A DNA stretch of 37,977 bases from Myxococcales bacterium (GCA_014238595.1 JABAAV010000002.1:18417-56393), one strand, 5' to 3'. Positions 10,719 to 20,509 are shown, counted from the first letter of the stretch. Numbers and translations: made by a program. The notes: generated from the sequence alone by a model not told the origin.

Positions 10719-11978
10719 ATGATTTTTTTCGATAAAGAACAGTGGCATGAAGTATTTGTCACATTAAACAAGAATCGTTTTCGAGCGATATTAACAGCAT
10801 GTGGCATCGTCTGGGGTGTGTTTATGCTCATCGTTATGCTCGGTTTTGGCAATGGTGTAGAGCGCAGCATTGTACAGAGTATGAGCGGTACTGTGACCAA
10901 TAGTATTTATATTTGGGGAGAAACCACATCGATTCCATATGATGGACTCTCTTCAGGCAAACCGGTTACGTTGACTAATGATGATGTCGAATTGATTGCA
11001 GCAAATGTCCACGGTATTGAACATATTGCCCCTCGCAATCAACTATCAGGGTATGGTTCTGAAACATGGATACGATATAAAGATCGTTCTCGGAGTTATA
11101 GTGTCATTGGTGAATTTCCTCAAATGCAACATATTCAACCGATGAAGCAGGTTAACGGCCGATTTATTAACGAACTGGACATTGAAGAATCACGCAAGGT
11201 TGTGGTGATTGGTCGTCGTGTTGCAGATGAATTGTTTGTTGATATTGATGATCCCACAGGGCTTGCGCTTGAGATTGATGGTATTTATTTTTATGTCATT
11301 GGTGTCTTAGATTCTCCAGAGGGAACCAATCATGGTGATCGACAAATATCTTCAGTATTTATCCCCTTTACAACATTTCAACGTGTATTTAACTATGAAA
11401 ACCGTGTTGGATGGCTTGCGATTACGGTGGACGATACGCTGTCTGCCGAAACCATAGAATCAAATATTAAGCGCATTTTGAAAAAACGACACCGTGTGAA
11501 TCCTATAGACAATCAAGCTATTGGGAGTTTTAATGCAGCAGAAGCTTTTGGAGAACTCAAAGATTTATTTACAGGCATTCATTTTTTGATTTGGTTTGTT
11601 GGAGGATGTACCTTATTGGCTGGTATTATTGGAGTTGGAAATATTATGTTGATTACTATGAAAGAACGCACCAGAGAGATTGGTATCCGTAAAGCACTTG
11701 GTGCCACACCATGGTCGATTGTTTCGCATGTGCTTCAGGAATCTTTTGTATTGACGAGTATTGCGGGTTATATAGGATTATTGCTTGCTATAGGTACGCT
11801 TGAGCTTGCCACTGTGATTTTTAAACACTCAACTGAAACTCAGATCATTCCTCAAATCGACTTTGGTATTGCAATGCTTTCTTTGTGTGTTATTTCTTTA
11901 GCAGGGATTCTCGCAGGTGTATTACCTGCACGAGCCTCTGCACAGGTAAATCCCGTTATTGCTCTTGCAGCAAACTAG
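10719..11978 (+). CDS. ABC transporter permease (FtsX/MacB-type), paralogue of the preceding gene
   Basis: 419 aa with the same architecture (ITMKERTREIGIRKALGAT). Starts 4 nt after the preceding stop. Confidence 0.9.
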   Translation: MIFFDKEQWHEVFVTLNKNRFRAILTACGIVWGVFMLIVMLGFGNGVERSIVQSMSGTVTNSIYIWGETTSIPYDGLSSGKPVTLTNDDVELIAANVHGIEHIAPRNQLSGYGSETWIRYKDRSRSYSVIGEFPQMQHIQPMKQVNGRFINELDIEESRKVVVIGRRVADELFVDIDDPTGLALEIDGIYFYVIGVLDSPEGTNHGDRQISSVFIPFTTFQRVFNYENRVGWLAITVDDTLSAETIESNIKRILKKRHRVNPIDNQAIGSFNAAEAFGELKDLFTGIHFLIWFVGGCTLLAGIIGVGNIMLITMKERTREIGIRKALGATPWSIVSHVLQESFVLTSIAGYIGLLLAIGTLELATVIFKHSTETQIIPQIDFGIAMLSLCVISLAGILAGVLPARASAQVNPVIALAAN

Positions 11979-11993
11979 AATGGAACAGTGACA

Positions 11994-13106
11994 ATGAAAC
12001 GAAAATTAATTATTGGAATAGGTGCTTTATTTGGTGTTTTGTTTTTATGGACCTTGTTAGTCATTTGGGGCAGGTCAGGGACAGAAGATATTGTTATAGA
12101 AACAGAAACCCCTTTTCTTGAAGATATTGTAAAAAAGACAGTGGCGACTGGATCGATTCAGCCAAGACGTGAAATTGAAATTAAATCGCGTGTGTCAGGA
12201 ATTGTAGATGAAATTTTAGTCAATTCAGGTGATTTTATTGAACAAGGAACTGTCATTGCTAAGGTTCGAATTATTCCTAATATCGTACAATTGAACGAAG
12301 CAGAAAGCAGAGTAAAACGTGCTCGAATTAATTTTGAACATTCTAAACGAGACAGAGATCGACATGAGAAACTTTGGAAAAAACAGGTTATTTCTGAGAA
12401 AGATCTTCAAAATTATAGAAAACTATTTCATCTTAAAAAAACAGAACTTCAATCAGCACAGAATAATCTTGAATTGATTAGACGTGGATCATTACAACAA
12501 TCAGGAACCACAGCTGCAAATTTAATACGCGCAACTCTTTCTGGAACAGTGTTGACTGTTCCTGTCAAAGAAGGCACATCAATCACAGAAAGCAATACGT
12601 TTAATGCAGGAACAACGGTTGCCGTGGTTGCCAACATGAACGACATGATATTTGTTGGGACTGTTGATGAATCAGAAATTGGTCAAATTAAAGAAGCGAT
12701 GGAGCTTAACATTCGAATTGCTGCCATCAACAACAAAACCTTTTTTGGTATTTTAGAGCAGATTTCTCCTAAAGGACAAAAGATTCAAGGCGTGACTCGG
12801 TTTGAAATTAAAGCGGCACTTAAAGATTTACAAGATTTAAGAGTTCGTGCGGGTTACAGTGCTACTGCAGAGATTGTTTTGAACAAGCGCGAACAGGTGA
12901 TGGTGATTCACGAATTATTTTTACAGTTTGATTCAGGCAAACCTTTTGTTGAAGTCGAAGTATCTTCTGGGCAATTTGAAAAACGACCCGTGACCGTAGG
13001 ACTCTCTGACGGAATTAACATTGAAATTCTCTCAGGTATTGAAAAAACAGATCGTATTAAAAAACCTCAAACAGATGTTTCATCCATGAAAGGGTATGGA
13101 ACTTAG
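11994..13106 (+). CDS. HlyD-family periplasmic adaptor (membrane fusion protein)
   Basis: N-terminal TM, lipoyl-like segment (IKSRVSGIVDEILVNSGDFIEQGTVIAKV), coiled-coil, beta-barrel C-terminus. GTG at 11988 is an alternative start. Confidence 0.88.
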   Translation: MKRKLIIGIGALFGVLFLWTLLVIWGRSGTEDIVIETETPFLEDIVKKTVATGSIQPRREIEIKSRVSGIVDEILVNSGDFIEQGTVIAKVRIIPNIVQLNEAESRVKRARINFEHSKRDRDRHEKLWKKQVISEKDLQNYRKLFHLKKTELQSAQNNLELIRRGSLQQSGTTAANLIRATLSGTVLTVPVKEGTSITESNTFNAGTTVAVVANMNDMIFVGTVDESEIGQIKEAMELNIRIAAINNKTFFGILEQISPKGQKIQGVTRFEIKAALKDLQDLRVRAGYSATAEIVLNKREQVMVIHELFLQFDSGKPFVEVEVSSGQFEKRPVTVGLSDGINIEILSGIEKTDRIKKPQTDVSSMKGYGT

Positions 13107-13110
13107 TATA

Positions 13111-13983
13111 ATGCAGAGCATGACAGGTTATGGAAGTGGTGTTGTTAGTGATGACTTGCATCATATCACGATAGAAACAAAATCAGTCAATCACAGATAT
13201 TTAGAAGTCAAATGTCGTGGAATCCAAGCATATTCTTATGCAGAAGAACCTTTAATCACATCTGTACGACAGATGCTTTCACGTGGTTCCGTTTTGATTC
13301 ATGTAAACATTGTATCTTCACAACAAAACAAAAAAATAACCATCAATAAAGAAATCGCGTCAAATGTTTATCAAAATTTAAAGCAGTTGACATCTCATTT
13401 AGAAATAGACAATGAAATTCCATTAAGCTTAATTTGTGATCAACCCGGTGTATTGATTTACGATGATATAGAAACTGATCAAACACAATTGACAAACAAA
13501 CTACAAGTGGCATTGAAGACATCATTGGATGCATTGATTGTTATGCGCAAAAATGAAGGCAATCGTTTAAACAAAGATATTAAAAATCACATCAAAGAAC
13601 TTCTAGCGTTAACATTTGATATTGAAGCAAATGTTTCTAATCGAATCGATTCAATTAAAACACGATTAGAAGAGAGGATAGCTTCATTGTTAGATGATCA
13701 CACATTAGATCAATCAAGAATGGCACAGGAAGTTGCTATTTTGGTTGATAAACAAGATGTGTCCGAAGAAATTGTTCGTCTTAAGAGCCATATTGAACAA
13801 TTTGAAGATCTGAGCAATTTCGATGAACCGATAGGACGTCGCATGGATTTTTTGGTGCAAGAATTAGGACGAGAAATCAATACGATTGGTTCAAAGGTTC
13901 AATCAGAAAGTATTACAACACAAGTTATCGAAGCAAAATCTCAATTAGAAAAGATTCGTGAACAAGTTCAAAATGTTGAATAA
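13111..13983 (+). CDS. yicC: YicC-family stress-induced protein (putative endoribonuclease)
   Basis: N-terminus MQSMTGYGSG and the C-terminal YicC signature MDFLVQELGREINTIGSK. Confidence 0.9.
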   Translation: MQSMTGYGSGVVSDDLHHITIETKSVNHRYLEVKCRGIQAYSYAEEPLITSVRQMLSRGSVLIHVNIVSSQQNKKITINKEIASNVYQNLKQLTSHLEIDNEIPLSLICDQPGVLIYDDIETDQTQLTNKLQVALKTSLDALIVMRKNEGNRLNKDIKNHIKELLALTFDIEANVSNRIDSIKTRLEERIASLLDDHTLDQSRMAQEVAILVDKQDVSEEIVRLKSHIEQFEDLSNFDEPIGRRMDFLVQELGREINTIGSKVQSESITTQVIEAKSQLEKIREQVQNVE

Positions 13984-14629
13984 TCCAAAACTGCTCATTG
14001 TATCTTCACCATCCGGTGCAGGGAAAACAACTTTAGTTAAAAAATTGATTAATAATTTTGACACTATTGAGTTTTCAATTTCTTACACAACAAGAATTGC
14101 CAGAGAAGATGAACAAGATGGCAAGGATTATTTTTTTGTCAACGAAGATCATTTTCAACAAATGATTATGAACAATGAATTTGTGGAACATGAAAAAGTA
14201 CATCAATCTTTGTATGGGACGAGTAAGGCCTTTATTGAACGCTCTCTTAAACAAGGTCTTGATCTTGTTTTTGATGTTGAAGGTCGTGGAGGAATTAATT
14301 TATCTAAATTGTTTCCTGCGTATGCGATTACTGTGTTTATACTTCCCCCGGATATGGATGTGTTAGAGCATCGACTTCGATCACGTGGAACTGAATCTGA
14401 AGAATCTATTTGTCAACGGTTGTCAAAAGTATATCAAGAGTTGCTTTATTATAAACAATATAAACATATTGTTATTAACAAAGATATCGATGTTGCCTAT
14501 GATAAAATGTGTGCTATTTATCAATCAGATAACCATATATTAGAATATCCAACAGAAAAAACAGCGATCATGCATGCAGAAACTTTGATTGAAGATGCGC
14601 ACAAACGTTTTATAAAAAACAAACGATAG
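13973..14629 (+). CDS. gmk: guanylate kinase
   Basis: P-loop SSPSGAGKTTL and YTTRIAREDEQDGKDYFFV. Overlaps the yicC end by 11 nt. Confidence 0.93.
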   Translation: MLNNPKLLIVSSPSGAGKTTLVKKLINNFDTIEFSISYTTRIAREDEQDGKDYFFVNEDHFQQMIMNNEFVEHEKVHQSLYGTSKAFIERSLKQGLDLVFDVEGRGGINLSKLFPAYAITVFILPPDMDVLEHRLRSRGTESEESICQRLSKVYQELLYYKQYKHIVINKDIDVAYDKMCAIYQSDNHILEYPTEKTAIMHAETLIEDAHKRFIKNKR

Positions 14630-14640
14630 ATGTCACATTG

Positions 14641-16818
14641 ATGATCGAAATAGATGAGATTCTTAGTAAAGTAAAAGAATACAATCCTCATGCAGATGTT
14701 GCGTTGATTCGATCTGCCTATGAATTTGCCAATGATTCTCATAAAGGACAAAAACGTGTTTCAGGAGATTTATATATTACACATCCTCTTTCCGTTGCAG
14801 AGATAATCACTCGTCTCAGATTGGATGTCCCTAGTATTTGTGCAGGTCTTTTGCACGATGCCGTAGAAGATACGAGTGCAACCACCAAAGATATTGAAGA
14901 CAGATTTGGTGCAGAGGTTGCTTTCCTTGTTGATGGTGTAACGAAGTTAGGAAAAATATCCTACTACACGAAAGAAGAATTACAGTCGGAAAGTTTTCGC
15001 AAAATGCTTTTGGCAATGGTGCGTGATATTCGTGTTATTTTGGTGAAATTTTGTGATCGTTTTGACAACATGCAGACATTGCATCATCTTCCACGTGAAA
15101 AACAAGAACGTATTGCTAAAGAAACAATGGAAATCTATGCGCCGTTAGCACAACGATTGGGCATTGACTGGATGAAACATCAGTTGGAGAACATGGCATT
15201 TCGCTATTTATATCCTGGTGAATATGAGCTTCTTCAAAAAGAACAAGTACAACATGCGCGTCGTGAACAGCGTTATATTCTCGGCATTGAACGGTCGATA
15301 TCCAAGATGATGAAACGAAATGATATTGATTGTCGTGTTTTTGGAAAAATTAAAAATCAATGGTCAATTAGAAATCAAATGAAGCGAACAGGACGTTCTT
15401 ATGAAGATATTGAGAACAAGATAGGTTTTTATGTAATAACAAAAAAGTCACATTTTTGTTATCAAGCATTGGGTGTGATTCATGCCATGTGGACACCTGT
15501 ACCAGGTAGCTTTAAAGATTATATTGCATTACCGAAACCCAATATGTATCAGGCTCTTCACACGTTAGTTGTTGGGAAAGATGGAAAGCGTCTTAAATTA
15601 CAAATTCAAACAGAAGAAATGTATTTGATTGGAGAGCATGGTATTGCGGCTGATTGGCATCACAAAGAAGGCAAAGCTACGATTATTAGTACTAAGAATT
15701 CTAAAAAACTCGCATGGTTAAGACAGCTCACTGAAACACAAGAAGAAACGAATGATCCCATAGAATTTATTGAATCGATCAAAGAAGATTTGTTTTCAGA
15801 AGAAGTTCATGTGTTTACACCACAGGGAGATGTTAAAGCGTTACCAGAAGGGTCAACGCCGATTGACTTTGCTTATATGGTCCATTCTCTCGTTGGCGAT
15901 ACTTGTTCAGGTGCACGCGTGAATGGGATGGTTGTTCCTTTGCGATATTGTCTACGCAGTGGTGATACAGTAGAAATCATCACTTTACCCAAACAAAAAC
16001 CTAATATTGGATGGTTGCGATTGGTTAAAACTGCACATGCTCGAACGAAAATCCGTCAATCGATTCGAAGAGAACAACGAGACAAAGCGTTAGTATTAGG
16101 GAAAAAAATATTAGAGCGCGCATTAAAACAATATGGATGGTCTATTGCTAAGGCTGAAAAAGATGGGTCATTGGATAATGTTTTAACATCTTTAGGTCAT
16201 GATAATGTGACTAATATGTTGATGGCGATTGGATATGGAAAAATTACAACAAGCCAAGTTATTGAAATTATTGTGCCATCACAAGATCAGGTTAAAACGA
16301 AAGAACAGTCTGATTCTAAGACAGGGCCAATGCATAACATTTTGAAACACACACCATTTACATCAGACAAATCGATCAAAATTGGTGATCAAAATAACAG
16401 CATGGTTCGACTTGCGATGTGTTGTAATCCTCTCCCTGGAGATAAAATAATTGGAACCATGACCATGGGGCGTGGTGTTGCCGTGCATCACACGCAATGT
16501 CCTACAGCACTTGATCTTGATCCAACAAGGCGTGTTCCTGTGGAATGGGACAGTAATGATAAAACAGAATACCGTGTTGTCGTTGAAGTGATATCTTCGA
16601 ATAAACCAGGATTGTTGGCCAGTATTTCACAAGCATTTACAAAGTCATCCGTCAATATTTATAAAGCAAGTTGCGTGGCAACAACAGATCGTACACGTGC
16701 AACCAATACATTCCATGCAATGGTGCGTCATATTTCACAACTGCATGATGTCACGGAAACACTATCTAGAATCGATGGTGTGTATTCCACCAGACGCGTC
16801 AATACGCAAAAATCTTAA
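14641..16818 (+). CDS. spoT: long RelA/SpoT homologue: HD hydrolase, degenerate synthetase, TGS and ACT domains
   Basis: HD domain HKGQKRVSGDLYITHP...LLHDAVEDT. Synthetase-like region FKDYIALPKPNMYQALHT. TGS segment VFTPQGDVKALPEGSTPIDFAY. ACT-like C-terminus. A TTG at 14638 is also possible. Confidence 0.93.
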   Translation: MIEIDEILSKVKEYNPHADVALIRSAYEFANDSHKGQKRVSGDLYITHPLSVAEIITRLRLDVPSICAGLLHDAVEDTSATTKDIEDRFGAEVAFLVDGVTKLGKISYYTKEELQSESFRKMLLAMVRDIRVILVKFCDRFDNMQTLHHLPREKQERIAKETMEIYAPLAQRLGIDWMKHQLENMAFRYLYPGEYELLQKEQVQHARREQRYILGIERSISKMMKRNDIDCRVFGKIKNQWSIRNQMKRTGRSYEDIENKIGFYVITKKSHFCYQALGVIHAMWTPVPGSFKDYIALPKPNMYQALHTLVVGKDGKRLKLQIQTEEMYLIGEHGIAADWHHKEGKATIISTKNSKKLAWLRQLTETQEETNDPIEFIESIKEDLFSEEVHVFTPQGDVKALPEGSTPIDFAYMVHSLVGDTCSGARVNGMVVPLRYCLRSGDTVEIITLPKQKPNIGWLRLVKTAHARTKIRQSIRREQRDKALVLGKKILERALKQYGWSIAKAEKDGSLDNVLTSLGHDNVTNMLMAIGYGKITTSQVIEIIVPSQDQVKTKEQSDSKTGPMHNILKHTPFTSDKSIKIGDQNNSMVRLAMCCNPLPGDKIIGTMTMGRGVAVHHTQCPTALDLDPTRRVPVEWDSNDKTEYRVVVEVISSNKPGLLASISQAFTKSSVNIYKASCVATTDRTRATNTFHAMVRHISQLHDVTETLSRIDGVYSTRRVNTQKS

Positions 16819-17078
16819 GGGATTGCTTCGTCTTAGGGGCAGGTTTTCCTGAAACACCCAATGAGGCGGACAGTTGAACAGCATTTAATATGGTGCGTCA
16901 TATTTCACAACTGCATGATGTCACGGAAACACTATCTAGAATTGATAGTGTGTATGCCACCAATGGTGTGTATTCCACCAGATGCGTCAATACGCAGAAG
17001 TCTTAAGGGATCACTTCGTCTTAGGGGCAGGTTTTCCTGAAACACCCAACGAGGCAAACAGTTCAACAGCACTTAATG
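16721..17078. repeat. two-copy tandem duplication (170 nt + ~188 nt) spanning the rel 3' end, the spacer and the 3' end of a convergent small ORF
   Basis: 16721-16890 recurs at 16891-~17078 at roughly 90% identity by eye. Copy 2 contains a nested 18-nt duplication (atagtgtgtatgccacca / atggtgtgtattccacca). Confidence 0.95.
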
Positions 17079-17154
17079 TTGAATGTTGAGCTTGACGATT
17101 TTTACGTCTGCGTCCTGCTTTTTTTGCACGATTGTTTCGGCGTGCTTTTGTCAT
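17011..17154 (-). CDS. possible small basic protein (47 aa)
   Basis: Below the track's apparent length cut-off (shortest ORF listed is 60 aa). Manual translation: MTKARRNNRAKKAGRRRKNRQAQHSTLSAVELFASLGVSGKPAPKTK. The C-terminal half lies in repeat copy 2. No family recognised. Confidence 0.3.
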   Translation of the reverse strand: MTKARRNNRAKKAGRRRKNRQAQHSTLSAVELFASLGVSGKPAPKTK

Positions 17155-17186
17155 TTTTGTGTGGGAAGCCATAAGAGATGAGACTT

Positions 17187-17408
17187 TTATATGGTGTTAT
17201 CTTGTCTGTCAAGAGCAGGACTATCGGAGGATGGAGGCGTATTTTCGGATAATTGCTCTGAATCTTGAGTATGAGCCGATTGTTTCTCTTGCTCAATGGG
17301 TTTGGTTGCTTGTTGATAAATGGCCTGTAATGCGGCATTGGGCAATGGGAGATTGTGTTTTTTTCGATAAGCACCAATGGCTTTGAGCAATGTATCGTAA
17401 GAGATCAT
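17187..17408 (-). CDS. hypothetical protein (73 aa)
   Basis: ORF starting 12 nt downstream of the tmk stop on the same strand. No family recognised. Confidence 0.4.
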   Translation of the reverse strand: MISYDTLLKAIGAYRKKHNLPLPNAALQAIYQQATKPIEQEKQSAHTQDSEQLSENTPPSSDSPALDRQDNTI

Positions 17409-17420
17409 AATTGGGGTAAT

Positions 17421-18029
17421 TTACCATAAACGAGCATGATTGCATGCTTTTAAAATCTGTGAAGCAACATGTTCTAGGGGTTGATGTCCATCAATATGCA
17501 CAACGGGTTCATCTTGGGCGGGTTTTTCAAAAATATCTTGATAAACTTGAGCAATTCTTTTCTGTGTTTCCAAAGCATCATATCGTTCTTGGATACGATT
17601 GTCATTGATACATCGATGTTGTGCCACTTTAGGATCAACTTCAAGAAATATAATCAAATCTGGTTTGTGACAATGTTCATTAATAGTACGAATCCAACGA
17701 TGATCTTCACTGTTCTGATAGGCCAATGATGAATAATACCATCGATCCGATATGACTATGGTACCTCGCTCTAGGGCTGGTATGATTTCACGGCGTACAT
17801 GATCCATACGATCAGCAGCAAAAAGAAGTGCTATGGCACTTTCATCCGTCACAGGACATTGTTTGTGAAGAATGTCTCTCAACAGTTTTCCAATAGGACC
17901 GTCACTGGGCTGGCAGGTAAACGATGACGATATATTCTGTTTCTCTAAAGTATCTACAAGACGCTTTGCTTGCGTTGTTGTTCCTGCACCATCAATGCCT
18001 TCAATTACGATGAGTTTTCCTTGTTGCAT
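17421..18029 (-). CDS. tmk: thymidylate kinase
   Basis: P-loop IVIEGIDGAGTTTQ, DRW/Y motif region (ISDRWYYSSLAYQ), 202 aa. Confidence 0.93.
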   Translation of the reverse strand: MQQGKLIVIEGIDGAGTTTQAKRLVDTLEKQNISSSFTCQPSDGPIGKLLRDILHKQCPVTDESAIALLFAADRMDHVRREIIPALERGTIVISDRWYYSSLAYQNSEDHRWIRTINEHCHKPDLIIFLEVDPKVAQHRCINDNRIQERYDALETQKRIAQVYQDIFEKPAQDEPVVHIDGHQPLEHVASQILKACNHARLW

Positions 18030-19464
18030 CTTTCTCCTTTAATGTAACGATACGAAAAACAAAACCTAGGGCCAAAAGAAACAGTATAATAGCCCCCCAT
18101 AGCATTATTTGATTGGATTTATAGTGTATTTGTTTTAATGGTGTAAGCACTGCAGTCGCACTGGGATGGGTCGGATAATAATAAAGCGCAGATTGAAGCT
18201 CTGTGTTCCCCTCATATCCTTCGTTCATCAGACAAATAGCTTTTGAAAAATGCATGTCTGCATAAGCATAGCGTTCATTGGGTGCATCTAATCCAAGAGC
18301 GATTGCCTTTCCATAAAGAAGTGCTGCCGTACATGCTTGATTGAAGTCTATTGTCTTTGCGTAAAACAAGAATGCTGATGCCATATTTTGTCTTTGAAGA
18401 AACACAGGATCATCCACGAGTATTAAATTATATAAATAGACTGCCTGCTTATAGTCTTTTTGTGCATAAGCATGATGAGCCATTGTTAATCTGACGATGA
18501 TATTGTGTGCATGTTTTGTTTCGAAATAATCAAACAGTTTTTGACTCATTTGTGTTGAAGATTGTTTTTTTATGGAACCAAATGTTTTTTTATATTCACG
18601 CAATAACTCTGCAATTGCATACTTGTTATAGCTAAGCCAAAGCGGATATTCTCGTTGGCTTAATTTGCCCTGTGTCAATGCCAATTTGCGTTTAGGTGCA
18701 TTTGTATGAGGCTTTCCTTGAACATATAAAAACCATGTTTTCTGAGCTTGGTCTCTTACTTCTTTGGAATCATCATACAACGCTGTTTGTAATATTGCTG
18801 GAATCGCTTCACGGTAGGTTGTTTTTCCATAGGCTTGAAGGAGTTTGATTTTAAAACTGTTTGAAGGGGCATGTTGCAAAGCCTTGAATGGATTTTCTCT
18901 ATCCATTTGTTCCAGAATCGTTTTCGCATAGTTGCGTTTCTGAAGATTATCGAAAGATAACTGTTCAATTAATACAAGAATTGCCCATGGATCCATCGTA
19001 CTCAATAGGCGTTGACATTCTTTTTGATATATTGTGCCAATGGGACTTTGCGCAAAGTCAAACAACAATTGTGCTGTTTGTTTTGAAGGTATAGCTGCGA
19101 TAGCATGAATGGCTGCTATATCCCTCAATGTTTCTAATTCTATGAGTGATAAAGGTCCATAAGGTTTTATAGAAAACCCTGTGGTGTCATGACTATTGGT
19201 CATTTTACGATGAAACAATGCGAGTCTTTCTTCGGTAGAAAACAGATGTTTTCGGTGTAAATAAGTCTGAAGATTTTTTTCGTTGTATGTAGACGAACGT
19301 TTAATTGAAATAACAATGCGAGTTAATGAATCTTTTGCATCAATGATTTGGTCTAACCATGACGTTAGATCACTGTTTGTTTGAGCAAGAAGCGGATTGA
19401 GTTTTGTGACTAAGAGAAATGCGATTAACAAAGATTTTATAGAGATTTTAAGTATGAATTGCAT
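18001..19464 (-). CDS. hypothetical membrane-anchored helical-repeat (TPR/HEAT-like) protein
   Basis: 487 aa. N-terminal signal-like segment and a C-terminal TM (IMLWGAIILFLLALGFVFRIV). Its 3' end overlaps the tmk start by 29 nt. Confidence 0.6.
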   Translation of the reverse strand: MQFILKISIKSLLIAFLLVTKLNPLLAQTNSDLTSWLDQIIDAKDSLTRIVISIKRSSTYNEKNLQTYLHRKHLFSTEERLALFHRKMTNSHDTTGFSIKPYGPLSLIELETLRDIAAIHAIAAIPSKQTAQLLFDFAQSPIGTIYQKECQRLLSTMDPWAILVLIEQLSFDNLQKRNYAKTILEQMDRENPFKALQHAPSNSFKIKLLQAYGKTTYREAIPAILQTALYDDSKEVRDQAQKTWFLYVQGKPHTNAPKRKLALTQGKLSQREYPLWLSYNKYAIAELLREYKKTFGSIKKQSSTQMSQKLFDYFETKHAHNIIVRLTMAHHAYAQKDYKQAVYLYNLILVDDPVFLQRQNMASAFLFYAKTIDFNQACTAALLYGKAIALGLDAPNERYAYADMHFSKAICLMNEGYEGNTELQSALYYYPTHPSATAVLTPLKQIHYKSNQIMLWGAIILFLLALGFVFRIVTLKEKDATRKTHRN

Positions 19465-19492
19465 AAGAATGAGATTAATATATTAGTTGATT

Positions 19493-20497
19493 ATGTCTAC
19501 GACATTGGTAACAGGTGCGAGTGGATTCATCGGGAGTGCTGTCGTTCGAGAATTGTTAGCTCTTGGACGGACAGTGCGATGTTATATTCAACCAGGCAGT
19601 AACATCAGCAATCTTGATGGGTTAGATGTTGAAACAGTGTATGGAGACATTAATGATCGTGAGAACATAGAAAAAGCACTTGATGGATGTCATGTTTTAT
19701 ATCATTTAGCAGGATTGTATCGGATTTGGATGAAAGATTATTCTGATGTTTATCATGTCAATGTAGAAGGAACAAAAACTGTTTTGTTTGCAGCAATGCG
19801 AGCTAATCTCGATAAAGTTATTTACACGAGCTCTATTTCTACAGTGGGTTGTCTTGGTAACAAAAAAAGAGCAGATGAAACAACAGCGTTTAATCTGTGG
19901 AATGAAGCCAATCATTATGTGCGTTCAAAATATTTAGGTGAACAAGATGCGCTCCGTTTTGCTCAAGCAGGTGTCCCTTTGGTTGTTGTTAACCCTGTGT
20001 TTCCATTTGGAGCACGTGATAATGTCCCAACACCAACAGGGCGTCTTATTGTAGATACTTTAGCAGGAAAGGTGCCTGGCTATATGCCTGGCGGTTTTTG
20101 TGTTGCCGATGTTGATGATGTTGCTAAAGGTCATATTCTTGTCGAAGAAAAAGGGAAAATTGGCGAGCGTTATATTCTTGGAGGACATAATATTACTTAT
20201 AAAGAGTTTTATGATGCCATCGCAACGCTATCGGGATGTAAACCTGTACGCATCAAACTACCAGCACGGCTTTTGGCAAATGTTGCTTGGTTGATGGAAA
20301 AATATGCAGATAAGGTATCTCAACGTTCACCTCAGCTGACCTATCAAACCGCAGTGTATGCAAGCCGTTATCTTTGGTATGATACAAGCAAAGCTCAGAA
20401 TGAGTTAGGCTTGTCACTGACTCCATTTATGACTGCATTGGAGAAATCAATTCAATGGTTCCAACAAGCAGGATATGACAAAAAGAAATTGAGCTAA
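19493..20497 (+). CDS. NAD-dependent epimerase/dehydratase (HpnA / dihydroflavonol-reductase-like)
   Basis: Rossmann motif VTGASGFIGSAV, YTSSISTVG and YVRSK (YxxxK). Confidence 0.88.
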   Translation: MSTTLVTGASGFIGSAVVRELLALGRTVRCYIQPGSNISNLDGLDVETVYGDINDRENIEKALDGCHVLYHLAGLYRIWMKDYSDVYHVNVEGTKTVLFAAMRANLDKVIYTSSISTVGCLGNKKRADETTAFNLWNEANHYVRSKYLGEQDALRFAQAGVPLVVVNPVFPFGARDNVPTPTGRLIVDTLAGKVPGYMPGGFCVADVDDVAKGHILVEEKGKIGERYILGGHNITYKEFYDAIATLSGCKPVRIKLPARLLANVAWLMEKYADKVSQRSPQLTYQTAVYASRYLWYDTSKAQNELGLSLTPFMTALEKSIQWFQQAGYDKKKLS

Positions 20498-20509
20498 GTG
20501 AGGATATAA

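Noticed and set aside
16721-17078. Diversity-generating retroelement (VR at a gene 3' end plus a nearby TR), suggested by repeats copying gene 3' ends. The same idea applies to 35926-36247.
   Set aside because: Mismatches between the copies are not adenine-specific: C/T, G/A and T/G changes and indels all occur. No reverse transcriptase or accessory gene is in the window. The repeats extend through intergenic DNA into the convergent gene, which fits plain tandem duplication.
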